This document shows, piece after piece, positions 1-8,627 of a stretch of 64,000 bases of DNA. Under the pieces are notes generated by a model. The model ran no database searches. It was not told where the DNA came from and worked only from the letters and a program-made list of their open reading frames with translations. A program made the position numbers and the translations under genes. Every line of letters begins with the position of its first letter. Within the stretch, counting starts at the first letter, position 1. The DNA comes from an uncultured bacterium (lineage in GTDB: Bacteria; Armatimonadota; UBA5829), in contig CAZFYZ010000003.1 of NCBI GenBank assembly GCA_964523735.1, positions 7,170-71,169 of the forward strand. Reading direction: 5' to 3'.

Positions 1-694
1 CGCTCGTCCGCTCTTCGACGAGCCGGCCGAGGCTGGAGGCGTGATCAAAATGGGCGCGCCGCACGTGGTCGACTTCGGCAAGAACATGCAGTACTCGCCC
101 GACGGCAAGGTCTATCTGGTCGCCCACGGGGCGATGGAATCCGACCCCAACCCACGGGAGGCGAACCTCAGTTGGTGCACGGGAGACCAGGTCTACATGG
201 CTCGAGTCCTGCCCGGCCCGGAGAACATGAACGACGCATCCAAGTACGAGTTCTTCGCCGGCCACGACGACCAGGGGCAGCCCATCTGGACAAAGGACTT
301 CTCGAAGATCAAGCCGCTGGTGGACTGGAACAACAACTGCGGCGGAGCGGCGATAACCTATAACCCAGGGCTGAAGAAGTACCTGCTGTGCATCAACGAC
401 GGGGGCAACACGATTTCGAAGATGAACACGTACGTACTAGAGTCCGACCTCATCACGGGTCCGTGGAAGCTGGTCACGTACATGCGCGACTTCGGCGAGC
501 AGGCCTACTTCGTAAACATCCCGTCCAAGTTCATCAGCCCGGATGGTCGAACAGCCTGGCTCTGCTACTCCGTTAACTTCACGAACGTCGCACTGCCCCA
601 TCTGCCGAAGCTCGGTTACAATCCGCCGGCCGGCCATCCGGTTGGCGACGCTTCACCCTTGGTGTGGCAGGAGATCAAGCTGCTGCCTGAGTGA
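1..694 (+). CDS. hypothetical protein, 5'-truncated by window edge (possible glycosyl-hydrolase/beta-propeller-like secreted protein)
   Basis: Open frame runs from position 2 with no upstream stop, so the ATG at 41 is internal. Stop TGA at 692-694. Codon usage is like the host. The last ~20 nt (ggtgtggcaggagatcaag) are reused in the downstream 47-bp repeat units. Confidence 0.6.
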   Translation, partial: ARPLFDEPAEAGGVIKMGAPHVVDFGKNMQYSPDGKVYLVAHGAMESDPNPREANLSWCTGDQVYMARVLPGPENMNDASKYEFFAGHDDQGQPIWTKDFSKIKPLVDWNNNCGGAAITYNPGLKKYLLCINDGGNTISKMNTYVLESDLITGPWKLVTYMRDFGEQAYFVNIPSKFISPDGRTAWLCYSVNFTNVALPHLPKLGYNPPAGHPVGDASPLVWQEIKLLPE

Positions 695-761
695 GTCGTC
701 AGACCCCGCACCGGCCGGGCTAAGCCGCTATTCCCATCGGCTCATAATGACGCCTGCCAGG

Positions 762-1120
762 GGCGTCGGAGACGCCCGCTACAGCCTTATGGTGTGGCAG
801 GAGATCAAGGCGTCGGAGACGCCCGCTACAGCCCTATGGTGTGGCTGGAGATCAAGGCGTCAGAGACGCCCGCTACAGCCTTATGGTGTGGCAGGAGATC
901 AAGGCGTCAGAGACGCCCGCTACAGCCTTATGGTGTGGCTGGAGATCAAGGCGTCAGAGACGCCCGCTACAGCCTTATGGTGTGGCTGGAGATCAGGGCG
1001 TCGGAGACGCCCGCTACAGCCTTATGGTGTGTCAGGAGATCAAGGCGTCGGAGACGCCCGCTACAGCCTTATGGCGTGGCAGGAGATCAGGGCGTCGGAG
1101 ACGCCTGCTACAGCCCTGTC
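762..1120. repeat. Tandem array of about 7.5 copies of a 47-bp unit (GGCGTCGGAGACGCC hairpin + CGCTACAGCC + ttatggtgtggcaggagatcaa)
   Basis: Unit starts were read directly at 762, 809, 856, 903, 950, 997, 1044 and 1091, giving a 47-bp period (not a multiple of 3). Each unit begins with the perfect palindrome GGCGTC-nnn-GACGCC. Copies differ by point variants (cag/ctg, cgg/cag). There are no unique spacers, so this is not CRISPR. Confidence 0.9.
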
Positions 1121-1232
1121 GCAACAGCCTCTGCCTACGCAGTTTGGCGCATTTCCCGCGGTACCAGTTATACTAGTAGTGCCAGCCTCTGGAGCGCGGA
1201 GTGGGCACTAACGGGCTGACAGGAGAACCATC

Positions 1233-1358
1233 TTGAAACTCGCTATCATCATCAAGTGGCTTGTGATAGCCGTCATCGCGGCGGGCGCCCTGTGGGGGAT
1301 CAGCGTACTCGGCGGCGATGCGCAACACGTCGCCGGCTGCGGCTGCGGAGGGCACTAG
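1233..1358 (+). CDS. candidate 41-aa small hydrophobic peptide (LKLAIIIKWLVIAVIAAGALWGISVLGGDAQHVAGCGCGGH), TTG start
   Basis: AGGAGAA Shine-Dalgarno sits 6 nt upstream of TTG. A single predicted TM helix is followed by a Cys/Gly-rich tail. GC3-rich codons are host-like. It falls below the 60-aa cutoff of the ORF track. Confidence 0.3.
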   Translation: MKLAIIIKWLVIAVIAAGALWGISVLGGDAQHVAGCGCGGH

Positions 1359-1431
1359 CACGCCGGCCTGACACCTCGCACGGAACGAACGGACAGCCCT
1401 CTTCTATCCAAGCCCCACCTCCTGGAATCGC

Positions 1432-1461
1432 TTGACCGTGGAGCCCGCGACTGAGTATAAT
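1432..1461 (+). promoter_or_regulatory. near-consensus sigma70-type promoter (TTGACC-18 nt-TATAAT) upstream of the polysaccharide locus
   Basis: TTGACC at 1432-1437 and TATAAT at 1456-1461, read directly. Such AT-rich consensus hexamers are conspicuous in a GC-rich background. Confidence 0.5.
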
Positions 1462-1487
1462 CTGTCTACCTCTGCCCTACGAAACGG

Positions 1488-2873
1488 TTGCCGGTAATGG
1501 TGATAATGAAAGACCTGCGCACGCGCATCGATCCTACAGTTGCGGATAGCGAACCGATACCGGATAGCTCTGTGGCAGCAGGTTGCGGAACCGAGAAGAC
1601 CCCGAGCATGCGTCGGAACTGCTCTTGGACGCTCGCAGGCAACTCCATTTATACGGCAAGCCAGTGGGGCATTCTTGTGGCGATGGCGAAGCTGGGAACG
1701 CCGGAGATGGTCGGGATGTTCGGACTGGCGCTGGCGATCACGGCTCCCATCCTGATGTTCCTCAATCTTGAGCTGCGCTCTGTGCAGGCGACCGACGCAC
1801 GCAATGAGTACCGGCTCGGCCATTATCTGGGCCTGCGGATCGTGACCTCCTCGCTTGCCGTGGTTACGATAGCCATTACGGCAGCCATCAGTTGCAGGTC
1901 CGTCGCGGCAGCCGCCGTCGTCATGGCGGTTGGAGCGTCCAAGGTCGTGGAGTCCATCAGCGATGTCCTCTATGGTTTCCTGCAGAATCGGGAGCGGATG
2001 GATCGTATTGCAGTCTCGATGGTCATCAAGGGACTGCTCGGGCTGACCGCACTCAGCACAACGTTGTATCTGACGCGGGACATCCTGACAAGCATACTTG
2101 CACTCGCGGCAGCGTGGGCAGTCGTTTTGGCGCTGTACGACATCCCTTCGACGCGGCGATTGCTGCGATCAGATAACACACTGTCATCACCTGCCGGCGA
2201 CTCCATGCGCCCGAAGTGGGATCGGGCGATTCTCAAGAAGCTCGCCTGGCTTTCGCTGCCACTGGGTTGCACGATGATGCTGGTGTCCCTGAACGTCAAC
2301 ATTCCACGGTACTTCATCCAAGGCTACTTTGGCGAGCGTCAGCTTGGGCTTTTTGTGGCTGTTTCGTATCTTATGGTGGCAGTCAGCACAATAGTGAACG
2401 CACTCGGGCAGGCGGCCTGTCCAAGACTCGCGCGCTATTACAGCGAGGAACCGCACGGCCGAGCATTCCGTTCGCTTTTGGTTAAGCTAAGCGGCTTGAT
2501 CGCCGCTCTCAGCCTGTTTGGCGTTCTGGTTGCGCTGTTCGGTGGGCGACAGATCTTGACTGTCATCTACCGGCCGGAATACGCCGCCGGGGCTGACTTG
2601 TTTGTCTGGGTCATGGCGGCTTCAGGCATTGGAGGCGTTGCGGTGATTCTCAGATATGGGTGCATCTCTGCCCGGCGATTCGCACCGCAGCTCTCTCTGT
2701 GGGTGATTGTAGTAGGAGCAAATGCTCTTTCCTGTCTGCTGTTGATACCAAAGTACGGTATCAACGGCGCCGGCATGGCCATAGCGGCATCCGGTCTTGT
2801 GCAGCTCGTCGGCAACTGGCTCATACTCCTGCGTGCCGGACGTTCTAATGAAGGATTGGGGATCGAGACATGA
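1488..2873 (+). CDS. Wzx-type oligosaccharide/polysaccharide flippase (MOP superfamily); true start may be ATG 1608
   Basis: The protein has 12-14 predicted TM helices. Its N-terminus (SIYTASQWGILVAMAKLGTPEMVGMFGLALAI) matches the Wzx/RfbX polysaccharide biosynthesis protein family. It is followed by Wzy, GT4 and sugar-transferase genes. Confidence 0.8.
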   Translation: MPVMVIMKDLRTRIDPTVADSEPIPDSSVAAGCGTEKTPSMRRNCSWTLAGNSIYTASQWGILVAMAKLGTPEMVGMFGLALAITAPILMFLNLELRSVQATDARNEYRLGHYLGLRIVTSSLAVVTIAITAAISCRSVAAAAVVMAVGASKVVESISDVLYGFLQNRERMDRIAVSMVIKGLLGLTALSTTLYLTRDILTSILALAAAWAVVLALYDIPSTRRLLRSDNTLSSPAGDSMRPKWDRAILKKLAWLSLPLGCTMMLVSLNVNIPRYFIQGYFGERQLGLFVAVSYLMVAVSTIVNALGQAACPRLARYYSEEPHGRAFRSLLVKLSGLIAALSLFGVLVALFGGRQILTVIYRPEYAAGADLFVWVMAASGIGGVAVILRYGCISARRFAPQLSLWVIVVGANALSCLLLIPKYGINGAGMAIAASGLVQLVGNWLILLRAGRSNEGLGIET

Positions 2874-3937
2874 AGTACGTGGTCGCGGACAGGGTAGGAG
2901 TAGACCTTGACGACGCCTACCCGTGGGACAGGTCGCTGCTGGCGACCAGCGGCATAGCAGGGAACAGCACGGGGTCCTTCGAGGAGTGCCACAGCCGGGT
3001 TGTAGTACGTTACACAAAGAATATCGCGAAATCAGAGTGTCGCGAGGTGGCCGACAGGATCTACACAGGCAGCAGCGCGTTCATCAGTGACGAGTACGGC
3101 ATCAGGCTGACATTCCCGGACAGCAACACCGTTGTCATGGAAACCAGACAAGAGTGCGACGAGTGGTTCATGATACTCCTTCAGGCCATGCTCCTGCGAA
3201 GCGGCCTGTCGATGATACACGCCGCAGCGGTGTGTAAGGAGGATACGGCACTCTTGATGCCCTCTTGGGGAGGAGTCGGAAAGACAGCGTGTGTCACGAG
3301 ATTGATCAAGGAGCACGGCTGGAAACTGCTCGGTGACGATATCGTGCTCATCAGCGCTGACGCCGAAGTGATGGGCTTGCCGAAGCACTTCGTCATATAC
3401 CCGTATCATCGTCCGCTGTTTCCCGAACTGTTCAGCCAGGGCAAGGGGCCTATCTCTCCGAAGTCCACCAACGACTTGCTGACTAAGGTCGGCCGGGTAG
3501 TCAAGCCCGCACTCCGGATGGCGCCCGGTCTTCTGGCACTAGCCAGGCGGCACAACCCGCAGTCAAGAAGGGTATCGCCCTTCGACATCTTCGGCAAGTC
3601 GAACATCGGCACACATGCAACGGCCAAACGAGCTGTGTGGCTGGAACGAGCTATCGGAGAGGTGGCCGAGCCGATGAACAGGATGTCGCCCGAGAAGATG
3701 GCATCCATGAGCGCGAGCGTGACGCTAATGGAAGTGGCTGGGCCTCGACTGCCAGCCATGTGCGCGCTCTTGGGGTCTGGGCTGCTCGACTGCGATGACT
3801 TCTTCGGGAAGACCTACCAGATTCACAAGCAAGCCTATGATAAGATCGGCGACCTGCACCGCTTGACCGTTCCGGCGGATGTGCCGGTTGAGCAGGTACC
3901 TGACTGGGTCATCACACACGTCACGACTGAGGATTAG
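2870..3937 (+). CDS. HprK-related kinase domain protein (P-loop GGVGKT...LLGDD)
   Basis: The motif PSWGGVGKTACVTRLIKEHGWKLLGDDIVLI resembles the HPr kinase/phosphorylase C-terminal P-loop (GxSGxGKS...L..DD). Its start overlaps the wzx stop (ATGA). Confidence 0.55.
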   Translation: MKYVVADRVGVDLDDAYPWDRSLLATSGIAGNSTGSFEECHSRVVVRYTKNIAKSECREVADRIYTGSSAFISDEYGIRLTFPDSNTVVMETRQECDEWFMILLQAMLLRSGLSMIHAAAVCKEDTALLMPSWGGVGKTACVTRLIKEHGWKLLGDDIVLISADAEVMGLPKHFVIYPYHRPLFPELFSQGKGPISPKSTNDLLTKVGRVVKPALRMAPGLLALARRHNPQSRRVSPFDIFGKSNIGTHATAKRAVWLERAIGEVAEPMNRMSPEKMASMSASVTLMEVAGPRLPAMCALLGSGLLDCDDFFGKTYQIHKQAYDKIGDLHRLTVPADVPVEQVPDWVITHVTTED

Positions 3938-3942
3938 ATCGA

Positions 3943-5298
3943 GTGGGTTCATTCGACGTCACATACTGGATGGCGTTTGCCCACGTCGGGCTTACGGCCC
4001 TCGCCTTCGCCCTGACGGCGCGGCCACTGATCAGCACGTTTCACTGGTTCCTTCTGACGTCGTTTCTGGCGTTTGGCATAAGGCCGGCGCTGGCGGCATC
4101 AGTAGGGGGCTTTACGAACTATGACTCCGGCATAGGTTGGTACGCCTACAACTACGGACTGCTCTACCAGCTTCTCTTCGTCCTGTGTGTGTCCATCGCC
4201 TACATACTGCTGTCTTACCGCTACAGTAGTCGCCAGCCACGACCGCTTCTACGCGTGGTTCGACCCAGAGGTTTCTACGTGCTTCTGGCGACTGGACTAG
4301 TGGGCATTGCGGCTCTGCACGTGCTGTCTGGCGGTGGCTGGTTGCCAGGCGCACGAACCGGGACCATCAACTCCGTTGTCCCGGGGGGCAAGTACATATT
4401 CCCCATCGCGGTGATGTCGTTCTCGCTCCTGATACCGTTTGGGGTCATCGGATACATGAAGAAGGCGGGCTATCCGTGGTGGCTGGTGTTGCTGACCAGT
4501 CTACTGTCCCTGAGTGCGCTCAGCCTCCTTTTCATGAGAGGCATGGTGATAGCAGGAGTTCTCCTAATCTTCTGGGCAGCCGAAAAGGAGGGGAAGCTCA
4601 GGGTTAAGCACCTGTTGATTGGCCTGCTGGTGCTGTTCACCATTGGCCAGATGCTCCGACCGTTGGGCAAGTTCGTCGCCGCACGCTATCTTATGGGCGA
4701 GAGCGACGCCAGGTTCGCGATAGCATCCGCCCTTGCAGAGAGAATGAGTCCGTTGGACAAGGTGAGGGCACTCTTTCTGTACACCACAAATCTGGACCTT
4801 GCTGATTCCTGGCCGGTTGTCATCAACTATGTGGATGACAACGACAGGCTCGGGGGCCGCAGCTTCCTGGCAGTTCCAGCCAGGTTTGCCAGCACCAAGT
4901 TCCGCCTGGACTCAGGATTCCTAACCGGCAGTGATATTGTCAACGACTACTTCTATGGTGCCAACTACTACGATCTCAGTTTTGGCTTCAATGTGACCTT
5001 TGCCAATGAGCTGTTCCTGAATTTCGGTCCCCTGGGTCTAATCCTGGGCATCGTCCCCGGTTTCCTGCTCTTCCTTGCCGACAGGTGGATGCGCAGAATG
5101 AGAGCGATCTCACCGTCCGACGTCTTCATTGCGTACATCTGTTTTCGCGGCTTCACCAGCGAGCTTGCTCTCACATTACAGTGGGCTGTTGGCGCTATCA
5201 CGTTGGCTGTAGTTGTTGAGGTGCTGGCGAAGCTGCGACTAGGCAGCTTGCGCAGGCAGATACCGCGCCTTAAGGCCACTCTGGAGCAGGGGCCTTGA
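3943..5298 (+). CDS. polytopic membrane protein, putative Wzy/O-antigen polymerase-ligase-like
   Basis: About 10 or more TM helices with a large loop. It sits between the flippase and a GT4 glycosyltransferase. Confidence 0.5.
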   Translation: MGSFDVTYWMAFAHVGLTALAFALTARPLISTFHWFLLTSFLAFGIRPALAASVGGFTNYDSGIGWYAYNYGLLYQLLFVLCVSIAYILLSYRYSSRQPRPLLRVVRPRGFYVLLATGLVGIAALHVLSGGGWLPGARTGTINSVVPGGKYIFPIAVMSFSLLIPFGVIGYMKKAGYPWWLVLLTSLLSLSALSLLFMRGMVIAGVLLIFWAAEKEGKLRVKHLLIGLLVLFTIGQMLRPLGKFVAARYLMGESDARFAIASALAERMSPLDKVRALFLYTTNLDLADSWPVVINYVDDNDRLGGRSFLAVPARFASTKFRLDSGFLTGSDIVNDYFYGANYYDLSFGFNVTFANELFLNFGPLGLILGIVPGFLLFLADRWMRRMRAISPSDVFIAYICFRGFTSELALTLQWAVGAITLAVVVEVLAKLRLGSLRRQIPRLKATLEQGP

Positions 5299-6392
5299 AA
5301 GTCCTCTACGCGATAGCCAGGGCAGTTCCCGGTGGGGCGCAGACGCACGTGCTGGACCTCATCACTCATGCAAGAGACGAGGTCGAGGCGGGGCTTGTCA
5401 CGTTCGAGTCGGGGTTTCTTGCCGAGCGGGCACGTGAGATGGGCTTGCCGGTTTGGGTGGTTCCAGCTCCCGTAGACGCGATTAGCCCGCTCCGGGACTT
5501 GTCGGCAGTGCGAGGTATCGCGCGCGTGATCCGTGAGTTCGGACCCGATCTGGTCCACGCGCACTCTACCAAGAGCGGTGTTATCGCCCGGGTCGCCGCT
5601 CGCATGGCACAAACACCCGCGGTCTTCACCGCTCACGGCTGGGCATTCACGGAGGGAGCCAGCAGCAAGCGGCGGCGGCTGGCTATCATTATCGAGCGTA
5701 TGGTCGCCCCGCTTGCTCGACGGATCATCTGCGTCTCACAATACGACCGTGAGCTGGCATTGCGCTGTGGGGTTGGAGACCCGGACAGGATCGTGCTGGT
5801 CCACAACGGTATTCCCGCGTCGGAGCATCACGCGAGCTATCCCGAACGCCAGACTGTCAGATGCGTGATGGTCGCGCGGTTCTCGCCGCCCAAAGACCAG
5901 GCAGCTCTCATCGAAGCCCTGCGGGAGGTGGACGATCTCGAGCTGTGGCTGGTAGGGGATGGTGAACTACTCGAGGAGTCCAAGGCCACTGCATCAGCTC
6001 TCGGCGTGGACGACCGGGTGCGATTCCTCGGAAGCAGGAGCGATGTGCCGGAGTTACTGGCTGACTGCGATGTATATGCGCTTGCCTCTCGCTATGAGGG
6101 TCTTCCTTACACCATACTCGAGGGGATGCGCGCGGGCCTGCCGGTGGTGGCGTCAGACGTCGGAGGAGTGGGCGAAGCCGTAGTCGACGGAGAAACGGGC
6201 CTGCTTGTTCCAAGCGGGGATGGGCAAGCCCTGGCGGCCGCTCTGCGACGTCTGGTCGAAAGCCCGGAGGAGAGGCGAAGAATGGGTGAGGCGGGGAGGC
6301 GGCGCTGCGAAGAGGAGTTCACGCTGTCCGGAATGGTCGAAGCAACGTTGGCTGTCTACAGCTCAGCTATCGAGGAAGGCGGTCGGAGATGA
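5295..6392 (+). CDS. glycosyltransferase family 4 (RfaB-like)
   Basis: The C-terminal GT4 signature is present (EGLPYTILEGMRAGLPVVASDVGG...ETGLLV). Its start overlaps the previous stop. Confidence 0.9.
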   Translation: MKVLYAIARAVPGGAQTHVLDLITHARDEVEAGLVTFESGFLAERAREMGLPVWVVPAPVDAISPLRDLSAVRGIARVIREFGPDLVHAHSTKSGVIARVAARMAQTPAVFTAHGWAFTEGASSKRRRLAIIIERMVAPLARRIICVSQYDRELALRCGVGDPDRIVLVHNGIPASEHHASYPERQTVRCVMVARFSPPKDQAALIEALREVDDLELWLVGDGELLEESKATASALGVDDRVRFLGSRSDVPELLADCDVYALASRYEGLPYTILEGMRAGLPVVASDVGGVGEAVVDGETGLLVPSGDGQALAAALRRLVESPEERRRMGEAGRRRCEEEFTLSGMVEATLAVYSSAIEEGGRR

Positions 6393-7327
6393 GTGCGGCG
6401 CGAGTAGTGCTCTTTGGCGAGTGCGGGTTTGTCGGGTCGAACCTGCTTGAGCGTCTGCAGATCGACGGCATTGTGGCCCCCAAGCTGGACGAAGCCGACC
6501 TCACCAACATCTCGAGTCTTCGCAACGTGCTGCGGCCGGACGATATCGTGATCAATGCCGCAGGCTATGCTAACGCCACAGATCGGACTGAACAGGGCAA
6601 GAGACTCTTCCAGTCGATCAACGTGGACGGTCTTCGGAACCTCGCCGATGCCTGCGCCGAAGTGGGCGTCGGTCAGTTGATACACATCTCAAGCGTTGCG
6701 GCGATGGGCAGGCAGCACGGCGAAGGGATCACCGAGGACATGATGGTCCCGGTCGATTCGCCTTATGCCCAGAGCAAGCTCGATGGCGAGAGGCTGCTCG
6801 CGAATTACGCGGACAAGCTCCCGATCACGATCCTCAGGCCCACTTCAGTGTTCGGCGAGGGGCGAGGTCTCGCAGCTGCACTGTGCTCGCTCGTACGGCG
6901 TGGAACCGTGCCGCTTCCAGGCGGAGGCAGCGCCAGGATTCCCTTTGCTTACATCGGCAATATCTGTCACGCTGTCGGGCTCGCAGTGGGCAATGAAGCT
7001 TGCTTTGGGCGGACATTCATTGTGGGAGACGAGGCTTCCTATCCTCTGCGGGACATTGTGCTTGCTCTTGCCACGGGAATGGGCATGAACCCGCGGATCA
7101 TCAACGTGCCGAAACCTATCGCCTATGCCGCGGCACGAGGTTTGGAAATGCTGGCGGCCGTTCGACAGACAACGCCGCTCCTGGATCGGGGCAGGCTTGA
7201 CACGATGACCTCTTCTGTCTCATACTCTATCGCGGCATTCCGAGAGGCTGCGGGATACGACCCGCCTTACAGCCTCGATAGCGCGGCTAACAGGATAACA
7301 CAGTGGTTTCTCAGGAACACGAAGTAA
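6389..7327 (+). CDS. NAD-dependent epimerase/dehydratase (SDR family)
   Basis: N-terminal Rossmann motif GECGFVGSNL and YAQSK catalytic motif. Overlaps the GT4 stop. Confidence 0.85.
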   Translation: MSAARVVLFGECGFVGSNLLERLQIDGIVAPKLDEADLTNISSLRNVLRPDDIVINAAGYANATDRTEQGKRLFQSINVDGLRNLADACAEVGVGQLIHISSVAAMGRQHGEGITEDMMVPVDSPYAQSKLDGERLLANYADKLPITILRPTSVFGEGRGLAAALCSLVRRGTVPLPGGGSARIPFAYIGNICHAVGLAVGNEACFGRTFIVGDEASYPLRDIVLALATGMGMNPRIINVPKPIAYAAARGLEMLAAVRQTTPLLDRGRLDTMTSSVSYSIAAFREAAGYDPPYSLDSAANRITQWFLRNTK

Positions 7328-7935
7328 CAATCGAGCGATCGGAGGCCTCGCCGCCGGGGGGAATCTATCCTCCCATCAAGCGAGCAATCGACATCGTCGG
7401 CGGGTTGGTCCTGTTCATCCTGCTCAGCCCGCTGCTGCTGCTGGTGGCCATACTCGTCCGCCTCGACTCGCCCGGCCCGGCGATCTACCGGCAGAAGAGG
7501 ATGGGCAGAGGCGGGATTGCGTTCGTGATACTCAAGTTTCGCACCATGAAGATAGGAACACCCGTCCTATCGACCGAGGACATGCAGCGTCAGGCCGAGA
7601 AGCCTTTTACCCGCCTGGGTCCTTTCCTCAGGATGACCAATCTTGATGAACTGCCTCAACTCATTAACATCATCAAGGGTGAGATGAGCTTCATTGGCCC
7701 CCGCCCGGCGCTGCCGACCCAGGAGGACGTGGTGAGCCTGCGGGAGCGGTCCGGCGCCGATCTGGTTCGCCCCGGGATCTCGGGCCTTGCACAGGTCATG
7801 GGCCGCGACGATCTGGATAACGTCACCAAGGTCGGCTACGATGCCGAGTACTGCCGCAAGCTGAGCCTACTCAACGACCTTAGAATCCTCGCTCTGACAT
7901 TCGTCACGGTCTTCTCCGGCCGCGGCAACAAGTAG
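7303..7935 (+). CDS. undecaprenyl-phosphate sugar phosphotransferase (bacterial sugar transferase, WbaP/WcaJ C-terminal domain type), the priming enzyme
   Basis: The motifs LDELPQLINIIKGEMSFIGPRP and KPGISGLAQV are the PF02397 signature. Confidence 0.9.
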   Translation: MVSQEHEVTIERSEASPPGGIYPPIKRAIDIVGGLVLFILLSPLLLLVAILVRLDSPGPAIYRQKRMGRGGIAFVILKFRTMKIGTPVLSTEDMQRQAEKPFTRLGPFLRMTNLDELPQLINIIKGEMSFIGPRPALPTQEDVVSLRERSGADLVRPGISGLAQVMGRDDLDNVTKVGYDAEYCRKLSLLNDLRILALTFVTVFSGRGNK

Positions 7936-8111
7936 AGTCTGAAATTGAGCGCAGACGAGGTTTGGTAAGCCTGAGAAGATCGGCATTCCCGCAGCATATC
8001 ATATGCGGCGGCCCGTCCATCACCGTGCCTGAAGTCTTTGCTTCCGCCTGTTTCGCTGCGTCAGCAATGGGTATCATGACGCTACTTGGGTAGCGAAAGG
8101 GGTAGGAGAAG

Positions 8112-8375
8112 ATGTCAACACTCACGGTCAAGGTCTGCGAGGAATGCGGTATCCAGTCTGCCAATCCCGATGGTTGGCTGGTAATAGCGGGGCTCGATGT
8201 CAGGTCAGCAACAACGGGCGAACCAGTCACCGCAGTACCTACGGGCGCTGATCTTTGCTCACCCGGATGCCTGCTGCGCTACATCTCCCGACATCTGGAG
8301 CCTGCGATGAGCGGCCATTCCGTCGCTCGCCAGCACACGATCGCACTGCAGCAGCCGGTAGTCCACGTAGCGTAG
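8112..8375 (+). CDS. small hypothetical protein with CxxC...CxxxC zinc-ribbon-like motifs
   Basis: A GGAGA RBS lies 5 nt upstream of the ATG. The motifs VCEECG ... CSPGC are present. No family was recognised. Confidence 0.35.
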   Translation: MSTLTVKVCEECGIQSANPDGWLVIAGLDVRSATTGEPVTAVPTGADLCSPGCLLRYISRHLEPAMSGHSVARQHTIALQQPVVHVA

Positions 8376-8569
8376 ATGCCGGCAAGAGCTCACCGTCGGT
8401 AGGGACTACGTCACCCTGAGCTTAGTGCCGGGCCCCAGGAGATGCAGATGGACTCTTCGGGGGCCAAGGCCGCTGCTCAAGAACGCCCGCACACAGCTCA
8501 TATCGCTGAGGATCCGGCAGCACGCACTCCCGTGTACCAGGCGATAAGCCAGTCTTCCTGACGTACCCT

Positions 8570-8601
8570 ATCAGACGCGCGTTCAAATCCCGCTGGCGGA
8601 G
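8570..8601 (+). other. tRNA/tmRNA 3'-end-like fragment (GCGCG-TTCAAAT-CCCGC T-arm + 7-nt acceptor-like strand, no CCA)
   Basis: The sequence GACGCGCGTTCAAATCCCGCTGGCGGA resembles the E. coli tmRNA 3' end (GGACGCGGGUUCAACUCCCGCCAGCUCC). I could not fold any complete cloverleaf or tmRNA upstream. Confidence 0.3.
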
Positions 8602-8627
8602 AGACTGGAGGAGGCGTCGCACCAAGG

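Noticed and set aside
762-1120. Possibility that the tandem arrays (also 28819-29150) are CRISPR arrays
   Set aside because: Units are contiguous with no unique spacers, and no cas genes are nearby. The whole unit repeats with only point variants.
543-1219. Long ORFs 543-1211, 794-1219 and 841-1176 reading through the 47-bp repeats with internally repetitive 'protein' sequence
   Set aside because: The repeat period is 47 bp (not divisible by 3), so each frame just cycles through the three phases of a non-coding repeat. The periodic peptide (47-aa period) is an artefact.
8230-8601. A full tmRNA (ssrA) ending at the tRNA-like motif
   Set aside because: No GGGG...acceptor pairing is present, there is no tag-peptide ORF ending in ...AA-stop, and no G3-U70 or CCA. 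Only a 3' fragment is convincing.
8422-8625. 67-aa minus-strand ORF in the non-coding gap
   Set aside because: No RBS is present, the composition is Arg/Pro-rich, and it overlaps the tRNA-like fragment.
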